Position numbers and translations under genes: made by a program. A model generated the notes under the pieces. It saw only the letters and a program-made list of their open reading frames with translations. It made no database searches and had not been told where the DNA came from. A stretch of DNA of 64,000 bases from Nageia nagi (taxonomy: Eukaryota > Plantae > Pinophyta), in contig JBITNC010000001.1 of the NCBI GenBank assembly GCA_050084985.1, positions 201,314,001-201,378,000 of the forward strand. The letters run 5' to 3'. The number at the start of each line of letters is the position of its first letter. Position 1 is the first letter of the stretch. Positions 40,031 to 52,887 of the stretch are shown one piece after another.

Positions 40031-41327
40031 GATGATACAATGCTACAATTATAAAAGGGAAATATTGCAAAAATGTAAAGGAATATCAATTTGAATAGGA
40101 AAATGATAACTAATCTAATGGAAATAACATAACATGCACTAATAATAGAACACAAAATAGCAATAATAAGTAGATAAGGATAGGATTTTATTGAATAGTA
40201 ATACAATAATAGGTCATTTTGAGGGGGCTACCTCCTTACAACTCCAAAAGTGAAAATAATGTTCAAGATTCTATTTCTCCACACATTTCTATCTATTTAT
40301 AATATACTAACCCTAACCTTAATAGTAATGCAAAATCAGTCCCTATCCTTACAATCACAATGTTATGGTTTACAAAATAGGCTAATAATTTAATTAAATA
40401 ACTAATACTAACACTATATGGGTCTTAACATCCCTTAGTCTATAATCACATGGATGCTCATAAATATTTTCATGCTACTATGCAATGTGTATGCTAACTC
40501 GTAAAGATAGTGTTAGATGCTTGAACAATGACAATTGATAAATGATATGATAGATCTATGCAAATAACAATGCTGAAATGATTTGGCATAATAAGTGATA
40601 TGTGCAAAGATTAACTAAATAATGTAAGTTTATGTAGATCACAATGCAAAGTTAAAATCAATGGTTATCTAACTAAAACTTTAAATTAATAACTAATAAA
40701 TAGTAACCTAAGGTTGGACCTTAAATCAAACTTAGACTAAACCCTAGATGATAGCCTAATATGCCTATTATGTCATTACAAATGCAATTGCTAATTAAGA
40801 TAAAAGGATACAAAGCTTTAATTAAGTGATTGATGAATCTTAAAATCTGAAAAAAAACATGAAAAGACACCATTAAATTATCCCCAAATAAAATCTCAAA
40901 TGAAAAGGAATACCCAACCATTGTGATGGAAAAGCATACTCAAATACGAAGATGAATTTCTTGATTGGTAAGCCTTCAAAAACAATCTCCAAATGATGTA
41001 TAGTCACTAAAAAACATAGGGTTCAAAGTCCCTATTAGGTCAAGGTGCAAAAAATCAAATGAAAAGCTTGGAATGTGTGCCATTGACTTTTATGAATACT
41101 CAGTTAAAATCATATGATGACTATTTATTTGCAAGGGTCATCAAGGAAATGGTCCAAAGAGTTGTTAGCAAAATAAAAGCTAGATTGAGTTGATCAAATA
41201 TAAATTGATGGACCTATAAAACACACTTTATTACACAATGGATAATATAAAAAACATATGACATATGCTAAAAATGTCTTGTAACACTGTCAATGAGTGC
41301 AAGAATGCATTCTTTAGGGTGTTTATA

Positions 41328-41340
41328 GTTTCCCCTTTTT
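41328..41340 (-). promoter_or_regulatory. PPT of element D
   Basis: AAAAAGGGGAAAC on -, abutting the LTR. Confidence 0.8.
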
Positions 41341-41444
41341 GTATTGAGCTTCAAACCTATGAAAAGATTAGTACAAAGACATGTGAAATGATAAATGCTA
41401 ATGATAAGTGATAAATGATAATAAAATAATCAAGATAAGAGTTG

Positions 41445-41822
41445 GTTTTGATGCATGATGAGCCATATAAGATCATCCTAACCACTCAACCCTAATCTAG
41501 TTTCGATGCATGATAAGCTATATAATATGGAAATGAGCACCATGAGGATCCAACAAACTCTAGTTTCGACACATGATAGGTAGTATAAGATGGAATTGGA
41601 TTTCATGACAATGGACCTATGATAAAACCTGACTAGTAGATCAAGTACCTAGTGAATAGTAAAGCAAAAATTGAATCTAATCTAATCTAATCTAAGTGCC
41701 AAAAGGGAAATGATCTCTTCTTTGCCCTAACAATTCAAGGGAATGTTGTCTTCTTTGCCCTAGCAGCTAAAGGGTATCTATAATACATGATTCTACTTTA
41801 CCCTAGTAGTCAAAGGGAAATG
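41445..41822. repeat. Two short tandem arrays in element D 3' region
   Basis: GTTT(T/C)GATGCATGAT..G..ATATAAGAT x3 (~58-60 bp period), then CT(T/A)CTTT(G/A)CCCTA..A..CAAGGG x3. Confidence 0.75.
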
Positions 41823-44502
41823 ATAATAGGCACACAGACCTACCTAACATGGAATTGTAGCACATAGGCATATGACGCTTCCATAAGAATGACTAAGCCA
41901 AACATGATAAGTTTTTTGATCACCAATAAATTATATCATATTAAATTGATAACATCAAACATGGTAATGTCAAAATGTGTTTATTTCCAATCCACCATGA
42001 TGAATTGCAATGACTTTGTTGAACATAATGATGTTAGAATATGATGATTACCAATCCATCATATTGACCTAATGACCATACAATAAACATTCATGATGCA
42101 AGAAGGGTTGACCATGCATCTAACATGCCCTGATAGGAGTTTATGATGCACCTACTAAAAAGTGAAAATTTAATAAATTTTAAATCATGTGTGAAGCTCT
42201 CCCCTTCAAATAGGAAGGTGTGATGGATGATAAGACAAGATAATTGATGGTTTGATTGAATAGATTAGAAAATGATGAGTATAATCAAAAGTATACAATA
42301 TGTGATAATGATTAAGAAAATCACCTTGAAAATTATAGGTCATCTAAATAATTAGGGTTACAAAGACATTCAAGTGATCTAGGATCATCTAGATTATTTG
42401 ATTAAGGAAAAAAAAGAAAAATAAAAAGAAAAACTCATAATTTTCCCAACTCATTTTGACTATTATGCTTTTATCCTAAGCTTTTACTGGGTAATGGAGA
42501 GGATTGTTGACCTTCAACTGGTGGTTTGGTGAGTGCTTGTAGAGAGATTAAGGATTACTAGTGATAAAGACTAACAAGAGAGCAATGGCTACTATAGGTC
42601 TTAAAGGAGGTCCACCAGGCAATGAGGAGGAAATGGTGCATAAAAAGGTAGGCACCCTCCCCAAAACTCATTGTGGTGTAAGAATGGTTAAAAGGAAGAT
42701 ACAAAAATATGCATTTATTTTGGGTTTTATAAGATAAATTATGTGTATTGCTTGTTATTTTTAAATCAATCAACCACCAAAAGATAAAAACAATCAAACC
42801 CTAAGCGACTAAAACAACCCTAAGTCAACTCATAATCGATAAAATCAACATAAAACCAACTAAAATATTGATTAAACAAATGAGAAATATGCTTTTGATG
42901 TTATTGTATGGAAGATTATTTAGATTTTTGAATTTTATCATGGTAAAATTTTAAATTTTTTTAGATTGATACAATTATTGTTTTCAAAGTTTTAGTTTTT
43001 CAAATCATCCCACAATCGAATAATCTAATTTAAGGTCATCCTAGTGAAGAATGACTTTAATAGTTTCCTAGGAAACTATAGAGTTGTCCATGTCCTAGAC
43101 AACTAGACCAACCTAGTTATTCTAGACAAGGATGATTCTGATTGTTATAAGAAAAACACAAAACCTAGAATGTAGACTTAGACAAAAATGCAATATGACA
43201 CTCTAGGTGATAATAGGATTGACTTAGACTTAGAGACAACTAAATTTGAAAATAGACTTGACATACTGACAAACTAACATCTCAAAATTTGTGCTAGATG
43301 AAAATCTACCAGAAATTTCAATCGCTATGGAAAGAGGTATGAGGGGCTCTAACACCAGCTGATTGGGCCTAGCTAGAGGCCATAGGGCTCGTAGGAGCTA
43401 CTAGGATTCTCCTTGTAAAGGGAGACACATCTTATATGATAGCACTATGGGAGTGCTTGTAATGCATCCACTAATTATCATCCACCAAAACCCTAAAATT
43501 TAGACCTATTTTTTTATTTGGTTTAACATGATATTCTTGGAATAAACCAGGCAATCCCACATAAGCTTGGTAATGCTGCTAGCTAGTTTAGCACTCACAT
43601 GGCAAGATTGGTCAAGAACCTGGGGTCACCAACCATGATAAACTTTTCTAGTGTTCACTCCTCAACACTCATCTTATTGAGAAGATGCCTCAAAAGTAAA
43701 CTCACCATTCCAATTCCACATCCCATGTGCAATAGGCTTTCTAGTCATAGCATAGTTGTTTTATAATCAAGGCCCATACCACCTAAAAGATTACACTTCC
43801 ACTAAGTTAGCATTGCCACCTAATGATAACTCTCCATCTCATAGGAGTAGATAGTTTATCTTAGGAAAACTTCCATATGAGCGGGTAGCATCATCTATGG
43901 AACAATCATCATACCCTTATCTGCTAACTACAAGTGGTATGAATACTAGTTACCCTCACTTAATAATAGTAGTTTTTCTAATTTCTATCCACACCTGACT
44001 CACCTATCAGAGGATATGAGTACTAACCTAGCCATATTTATCGGCTAGTCCCACCATGTGATTCAGGATCCCTATGCCTATAACTTGGAGAGCCATGGAT
44101 ATTAAACAATATGCTTGAGCGGTTGTTAAGTCTAATCTATTTTTAAATGTGTTGAAAAAAAGAACCACCTATGTCCTACCAACCATAAACTAATATTTTT
44201 GGTAGTGAAGTGGTATAAGACAAGTTCTAAGGTTTAACACCATTCATTTTTGTTGAAAGTTTTGATTATAGGCTTCCTCAAGAAGTCACATGTTTTCTTG
44301 TTTATCCCATATGCATTGTATCACATATATGGATCCACTTTTTAAAAGATCTCTTAAATACATAAAGTAAAAAGTTATGAGGAAAGATCTAGCCACTATT
44401 GCTACAAAAGTAATGTGGCTCTATGTGGTCCTCACATAAAGAATATTTCTTTTATTTTTTATCTAGCAAGGTAGGTCTACTTGGCAAAGGTTCTTCATCA
44501 TT

Positions 44503-46505
44503 TTCCTTTCATTCATCCAAAAAGAGTCTCGAATGATTCCATTTATCTCATAGGATCCCATTGATATCCAATTTGATTCCAAGGGTCCCTAAGTATCCCA
44601 AATGATCACAAATTGTCATTTGGAACCTTAATTTTGTTTAGGGTTGATTCTAAGTTATTGGGATAATTTTGGATTTGTTGGGATTGATAATCTAATCCAT
44701 CTACTTATTTAGAAGTCTATTTAGATCAATTTTCTAATACCACTACTTATCATGCAATAACAAGTATTAATCCTTACTCCTATTCATCAAAGCATTAATC
44801 ATGTAATAATCGTAGTTCTATTCATTAAGAGAAAGCAAAATTATCTACTTTACATTCATCATTCAGTATATTAACAAGAGATAAATACCAAATAATCCTC
44901 ATTAAACTTTTCTAAGTTAATGATCAATTACAAGAAGATTAAACATACCTCGTAACTTCATTTATCAACATCTATTATAATGATAAAACTTTTATAACTT
45001 ATTACAAGAACATTAATAACATCATTTATCATCATCTTTTTGTAATACAAGTATAGTATAACATCCTATTTAGTGAGTCATTCTATGGTTTATTGTGGAA
45101 CACATTAGTTGATTTTCAAACAATGAGCATCGAACATCTCCATTATTTATCAAATAATGAGCATCGAACATCGAACATTACCTTGGGACTTGGTGGATGG
45201 ATCAAGTATTAGGAAGGAGGAAAATTAGTACAATCCTTTTATATTTTGACCATAATGCAATGCATTCACTCACTTAATACTTCATGAGGATTTTAGGTCT
45301 TTTTTGAACTACCTCCTTTCATTAGTTGTGAGTTTTTATAAAACATTATTGTAACAATACTCAAACTCTCAACATCTAAAACCCCTAATATTAAGACTAT
45401 TTTTTTATTATTGGTCAATTCATTGACTTCTCAAGTTTTTCTATTGAAAGCATATATCCCACATGGTTTACATATTGATACATTTTTGGTTTAATTATTC
45501 CTCATCCTTTCTTTGTAATTACGAGGGTATGTTCACTAGGTATTCCTACCCTTGCTTGCAAGTGGATACCCCTGATGATCGTATCCTTATTTTATTTGGA
45601 CTTCCTTACCCTCTTCTTGAGCTTGAGTAAAGGTATATTTCATGTTGTAAGATTTAATACCATTTGTTTAAGTTCAAACCTTATTTTTAGCTTTATTCAA
45701 TAAACTTTACTATTTAGATCCCTTAGTGCTTTCCATGGAATCCCAAAGGATCCCATTTATTCCCAATGGGTCCCATTGATACCCATTTTAATCCTAATGG
45801 TCCCTAAATTTTTTCAAATGATCCTAAATTGTATTTGGAACTCTTAACTCAAATTTAGGATTATTTATAAGTCATTGGGATTACTTTGGATTTATTGATC
45901 TCTAGCTCTATAGTGATCATTATCGTATTTAATCATCTCTTTTCTATAGCCACACCTACTCCATCATATTATACCACCATCATAAATAATTTACCTATTA
46001 TTATCTAATTTATTGTCTAAGAAAAATGAGAGAAACAAGAGAACTTAAATTATTAAAATTCATCTATTTAACTATATAATCTCAATTTAAAATCTCATAA
46101 TACATGCATCCATTAATGAAACTTCATGAACTACTCTTCATTAAGCATAAATTGAGACAAGGGAAAATAATAACATTTACAAAATGAACTTACAAGATCA
46201 ATAGAAATATAAATTTAAATCATGAATAAGTCTTATTTGCGTGTCATAATAGAACTAATTATTCTTTAGTACATCTTTGTCTTGTTGTAGAGACATCTCT
46301 ATTGATCTTCATTACATCTTTAATGAGACTTTATCATCTTTTACTAAGCTTCTTTCAAAGGATCAACAAAGAATTCATTGAGTACTAGGAAGGTGAAGAT
46401 TTTGAGGATTAGGATAACTCTTTTTCAATTTTTACCATGATGCAATGCCTTCATTTATTTGAGACATCAAGAGGATTTTAGATCCTTTTCGGATTACCTC
46501 TCTTC
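44503..46505. repeat. Old tandem duplication, ~1.2-kb period
   Basis: 44520-44680 aligns with 45735-45895, and 45200-45320 aligns with 46380-46505. Confidence 0.7.
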
Positions 46506-46757
46506 CTTGGTCTTAGATATGCAAAACTAACTTTTCCTTTTCAAATATTATTCCCCATTTATAAATTTAAACTTACTATTTTAATATATTCAAATCTTAT
46601 GAAAAGGATTCTACATTTAATTCATATTACAAACTAAACCATCAATTGTATTATTATCATTTCTCTTCCTCATTTTAAATTTACCAAGAGTAAAGTTAAT
46701 TTTAATATCACTTTACTTTCAATAATTAAAAAAAAAACTCTCATAACACACACCCTT

Positions 46758-46777
46758 TATATATATATATATATATA
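46758..46777. repeat. (TA)10 microsatellite
   Basis: Direct reading. Confidence 0.95.
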
Positions 46778-47091
46778 AACTTTATATCAAAATAACAAAA
46801 TAAAATATAAAATTAAAATAACTATATATCACATACCACACACTTCATTTATTAACCAAACTATTCTATAAAATATATGTGGTATAACATTCTTTTCTTG
46901 AGCATTGATTAATTTCTCTTTACGTTTTAGGGAAAGGTGAATATTAATTAATTGGATGATATTATTCATTCTAATGTTGAGATATACAAATTTGACAGCA
47001 TTATACTATTCTATTTCTAGAATTCAAAGGAGGAAAGATGGAAGTAAATGACAGGGATTGTCATTGACCTACCCAACAATGAACTTATAAT

Positions 47092-47570
47092 ACTAAGCCC
47101 AACTCTGGAACTTTTGTCAGCATTTTATTGAGTAAGTACATGAGTTGAAGAGGTATGAAGATCCATCAAAGAGTAATTAGAGATGTGCAAGATGATTTTT
47201 CTGAAAAGGATGATGGGGATCTTGCAACTAATTCAACAAGAAGGTGTAAAACCAATCTTTGAAATAATTTTTTAGCATTCATGTGACATCATGGGAGTTC
47301 TTAAAGAGGATATGTGTAATTGGATATGATTTCTTGTCAAATATTGTCTAAAACATATCATAGGAATCTTTTAAACAAATAAATTAATTAGACTTAAACT
47401 CTAAAATCTTTGAAAAGGATTTTCCAAGGTGTACCATGATGGGGCGTAAACAAATGTTTTGGAGTTCCCTCGAATAACAGTTGAAAATAGTAAATCAATG
47501 GTAGTAGACTCAACAAGGATATCTATCAAGAGTTGTTGAAATTGATTTCTCACTAAATGTTGTTCTTGAT
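47092..47570 (+). pseudogene. Degenerate pentatricopeptide-repeat (PLS-type PPR) gene fragments
   Basis: TKPNSGTFVSILL...RGMKIHQRVIR, VQDDFSEK, IQQEGVKP....HSCDIMGVLKEDM and DIYQ/VVEIDFSLNVVL resemble the PPR consensus GVKPNSVTFVSILPAC..LGALE.G.EIH..V...GF..DVVV. Confidence 0.6.
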
Positions 47571-48102
47571 GGAATTTAAAATCTTAGGAATTATTTGCAA
47601 AACATTCTCAAGAGATATAATATGAACATGATACAACTATATATTTATTTTGAAAAGGGGCACAATAGATACATCACCTAGAAGTAGTATTAATCTCTGA
47701 AACCTTCATTGGCATCTTTCCAACACACCTTTACTTATCATAGTCACCTCGTCCTGTAGAGTAAGGTTAATCCACACATTTTGTAAATATATTTTCATGA
47801 AACAATTGATAATCACAACAATTACTCTACATGTAACAACATGATTTATGATGGTCATAGGGTATGTTAGCGAATCAATGCTAATCATTTCCTCCTTTTA
47901 CCCTTCTATTCCTATCACCAATTCACCTTTGGTTCATAGGGTATTTGGGTTGCTTCTTCACTTTGTGACTTGTGTCAAAACATCTCGAAGCCAACATCAA
48001 ATTATCACAAATGATACATATTCCCATATCAAAATTGTAATTCCATAACATTATTCAAACATAATTAATTCAAATCCTTTATAGTACTAGAGGTAAAATA
48101 GT

Positions 48103-50290
48103 ATCTTGAGGTGGGTTGTGACAATGCTTTGACCTAGACTGATGGACCTTCCTACTCCTAACAAGGGAGTGATAGTGACACTGGAGGACATATACCATAT
48201 CTTTTGAGTGCCAATCAATGAGAAGCTAATCATAATGACTACAAATAGGGTGGTTATCTAGCCCTATGTGGGCAATGGATATAGGATATGGGACCTCTTC
48301 AATGGTGGGGTTTTGATAGATCTATTCTATCACCAAGGTTATCTTGAGTGTAGAGAGGTGATGGTGATGTTACTAATATCATCATTCCTTCTACTAGATT
48401 CCTTGGGATCTAGTTTCCTATGGAATATGTTCAAGATTATGATGAGGATGGTTCAATATAGCATAATGTTTTCCTAGGGGCCAATGTTGATGGTGCAGAC
48501 ATACAACAAACTAGTTGGAGATATTAGAAGGCAAAGATGAGTGAGCATGATACTGCTACTCTAGGTATGGGCCTGGGAGCACATTCATCCTATGTAGCCG
48601 AATAGACTACCTACAATAATCCATAGACCAAAGTAGATAAGGGACATCCCTCCAATTATAGGGATCGAGCTTCCATATGCAAGGTGATGGGAGCATGAGT
48701 AGGAGTGACCCAAGAGGAACCCACATGAGTAGGACACATACTGAATGCTAACAAGGCTATAGCCTTAGCATGTGAACTATCAACCCTATCAAGGTGGGCC
48801 AACATGAGCGATGATGCCATACAATTGGTGAGGGCCTACAAGGTTAGGCATCTCAATGGGCACCACATCAAGAATGTGAAGATATTCCCCTTTGATAGAG
48901 TGTAATGATAGCATAGGCTAGTGTAGGACATGCTCCTTAGAACTTGTCCTATATGGTAGGATTGATAGGGATGCCCCAGTGAGGTTGAGATTAGCATACA
49001 TGAAGTTAGAAATAGCACTATATGCACTATTGGTGAGAGTAGTAGTGGATGATGCTAGGACTAATCTAGCCTTTAATGCTTGGTGGGTGCCCCAACATGA
49101 CCAACTACCATCCTAGCTCATAGTGAAGAGATAAAGGGGGATTCCTCTAGTAGACCCATGGGTCCTAGAGGGTGGAGTCATCTCAAAAGTTGTAAAGGTC
49201 AAAGATGATGAGGGTGAGGAGGATGACGCCCAAGAGGAGGGTGATGATTCTTAAGGAGAGGAGGAGGAGCTATAGGAGTATCAGTAAATGGATGTGGATT
49301 CACCTGAGCAACTAGTGCAGTAGGAGGGGAGAGACTTAGGAATCCTTAGTTTGACCTAGTAGAGATAGTACCAGAGTTAGTGCACCTACAAATAGAGAGG
49401 GATACATCATAGGTATAGTTAGCATAGGTAGAGGGACTTGCTGAGAGTCTATAGAGTTAGTTGGAGGAGGCACAGGTAGCTAGGATAATAGCTATAGCAA
49501 CATAAGTGATAGCAAAGGTAGCATGGGTCATAATGGTAGTCTTGGTAGGCATCCTATAGGGGTAGTTAGAGGCTAATAAGATAACCAGATTAGCAATTGA
49601 GGGATGGGGTAGCATCATGCAAGGTAACCTACTAACACTACTAATTGTGTTCACTATAATAGCCTAAGAGAGGGATGCATTGCAAGTGCAAGCTAAGGGG
49701 AGCATGGGTGTCTAGGTAGAGATGAGCACATAGATAGAGGCATTACTGATAGGGATAGGGTATTGGATAGGCATAGTGATAGATGCAATGGTCTAGATGG
49801 ATTAATCAAAGATGCAAACCTTGATAACTTCAAGGGATACATCTAAATAGCTAGGGCAAGCTTTAGATGAGGTGGCAAGGGCCAAAATGAGGGCTTTGGC
49901 ATGGAAGAGACATTTACTAGAGGTAGGATTAGTCCTAATTTACCTGAAGGCCTCTTAGAGTACTTCCATAGCTAAGGGTATGTCATAGAGCATGGGGATG
50001 AGACATTGCAATGAGGAACACTCAATCAGAAAGCCAAAAGCCTCATAAGAAGCAAGGATAGATATGAAAGGATGCAAGGGATAAAATAAGGGTAGAGACC
50101 CCTATAGGGACTATTGGGCTCATTATACGAGCACTCTGATAGGTGGTTAGACGATTCTTCATGTCACCCCCTTTAGCTAGATAGAGCAGGAAAATGGGAG
50201 AGAGTAGTTAGATAAGGGCCAAACTAGGGATAGGGGAGACTAGCACTCCCCCCAGTAGGTGCTAGAGGATAGGGGACCCTTCACCTTAGA
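48103..50290 (+). pseudogene. Degenerate PMD gene with acidic and coiled-coil C-terminus, antisense cargo of element D
   Basis: WTFLLLTRE/VIVTLEDIYHIF*VPI, MFS*GPMLMVQTY, MILLL*VWAWEHI and FNAWW, then DDEGEEDDAQEEGDD and a Gln/Ala/Glu-rich tract with many CAG>TAG stops. Confidence 0.8.
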
Positions 50291-52887
50291 GGGGAAGGAT
50301 TTTGATAGGTATAAAATAGCTTTGGTGATAAATTGCATGAAAACCTATGTACATTTTGATAGAGATTGCTGTACAAATAATTATGGATATATGTACATTT
50401 CTTTTTGACACACATATATTTATGTATATTTTGATAGATAGATGCCTATGGATATGTCCTCAGGCTTTATGCATGGATGGATATACTTATCTCAACATGA
50501 CTATGATAGAGGAGACCTATTTTTTACCATATTATGTATGATTAATTATGTTATGAATGTGATTAATGCATGTATTTATATATTTTATGGATGAATGAGA
50601 CAATGATTATATGCAACAATTTTAAAATAAACCCTAAAAATGAATACTTAAATGAACATGAGGAACAAGATTAAAAATAACTATAAAATGTACCTAAAAT
50701 AAATCTAAAAGATACACAAAATGAACCTAAAAAATAAAGATATAAAATGGACTTGTATGCTTAACCACATCATATGTGAATGAACTTGGATGCTTAAACA
50801 CACAAGGATAATCAAAAGGATAAAAACAAAAACAAAAAATCATTAAATAACTCACATTGACAACTAACAAACATACAAAGTAATAAAGGCTAAAATACCA
50901 CATGAAAAAATTAAGAAAAGACTTAAAAGATATGAAATGAATAAAAAGAACATAAAAACAAACCCAAAATCATGAAAAAATAATCCAAAATGCTATTGAA
51001 ATGTTGTCAGAATCATGTTGTAATGGCACATAAAATGAGGTAGGAAGAAGACGAAAAGACCCCTATAACATACCTGACTGATATTGAATTCAATAAAAAC
51101 AATAAGAGACAAAGTCACGACACTATAGAAAAGCAACCCAATTGACCTAAAAGTGAAACAAAGCAAAAAATGACACTAGAAAAAGTGAAAAATTATGAAA
51201 TTTGATAGACCATGATAAGCAACCATGATAATGAGTTGATAAATGACCTTGATGATATGATAAATGGTGGTACGATCTAAATGTAGGATCAAACTATTTG
51301 AAAAATGGAGTTCGTTTGTCCTATTTTTGAAATTGGAAGATAAAGCTACTTAGACTAAATGACAATCTTTCAGTGATTACTAAAGGTGCACTGTTATGAG
51401 TGGCCCCAAAAATGGCATGTGAAAAGAGATCAAATGATGAAATTGGACCATAAAACTGGGCATGATGATCATGTTTATATTGATAAAGGACCAAAAAAAG
51501 ATAGATATAAAAATGGACTTTGTTTGACACTTCAAAATGAGAAATAAAATAGCCAAATTTTCAAGAGTCAAATTTTAGGACCTTCATCCCTGAAATAAAA
51601 TAGGCAACAAAACGGTAATGAAATGATTAGAAATGATACGATATGACATGATAAGACCTAATGAGGTGAAATATGACCACATTGCAACCCATGATGAGAA
51701 TATGACCTAGGTTGATAGGCTAGGGTGCCTTGGTATATAAGCATGAAGTGCCTACTTTAGACTCCAAGAAACTAGATGAGATGTGATAAAAAAAAATGGA
51801 ACAGACTCCCTAGTGATACTAAAATAAGGATATACTAAGGGAAACTGATTGTTCATCAAATTATCAACATTATAATGCTTTACAAAAGGTAATCAAAACC
51901 AAATTTTGATAAAATAATAAATGGAAAAACATGACAAAATGTAGCAAAGGCACACATAAACATGCACAAGACCTTGAACTCAACATAAAAGGGATAAACA
52001 AAGATAAAAATAAGAACAAAGGCCCACATTGCTAAATTAACACAAGTCCATCATGGTCAAGGGTCACAACAAGCTCGTAGGATATTTCCCTTAGAAACCA
52101 TGATAGTCTACAGCCCATGATCAATCCCAAGGGAGTGATGTGTTAAAAATTTTGATATGGTGACTGAGATCCAAGTGGTTGTATCCTCATCAGGAATCCA
52201 TGGATCATGTATGGTGACAAATGACCTAGATAGACATGCAAAAATGCTAGAGATGGGGTCTTTGCATGAGTAGAATACAAAGGACCCAACATAACAAATA
52301 AACAAGATGACATAAAGACAAATGTAAAGGTGAATGATAAAAGGTTATCAAAGAAAATAAGTTGGTACAATAGAGTTGGTGTGGGGCTAACTTCCATGCA
52401 TGTCTAGAATTGTACTTGCTTCATCGTGAAACAAAGATAATGGCCAATAGCCTCGACTTAGATGAGAATAAAAGTGGGGAACAATATGATAAATGTAAAA
52501 TGATAAAAATAGATAGGAATGATACAATGATACAAGGACTAACCAATGATACGGAAATGAGTGACCAATGGCCTCTGTGCACCCAAAAAAGGTAGAATGA
52601 TACTAAAAAGTGGAGAACCATCTAAGTATCAACTCCCAAAGATATGATGAAAAAGGAAAATAAGATGATGAAACAAAAGAAGTGGTACACACACCTAAGT
52701 TCAAGGGGATGAATGCACATAAGCCAACCCTCAATACCTAGGGGAGATGAATGAGTAACTAGAACTAGATAATATGCTACGATAAATAATGTCAAGATGA
52801 TAAGATGAGATGTAAACATAAACAAACTAAGCTGCCAAACACAAGATAAGACACCATAATAGAAAAAAATAATAGACTCAAAGTAAA

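Larger units (their letters stand above)
34544..40430 (-). mobile_element. Element C: chromovirus-type (Reina-like) Ty3/gypsy, 5.9 kb, TSD TCCCT
   Basis: TCCCT at 34539-34543 and 40431-40435. LTRs 34544-34954 and 40033-40430 (TGTTAAGA...TGTATCA on -). iMet PBS; PPT AAGAGGGGTGG. Confidence 0.95.
34265..41327 (-). repeat. Element D 3' LTR, split by element C (34265-34543 + 40436-41327)
   Basis: Both parts align colinearly with 62164-63382; PPT adjacent. Confidence 0.9.
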
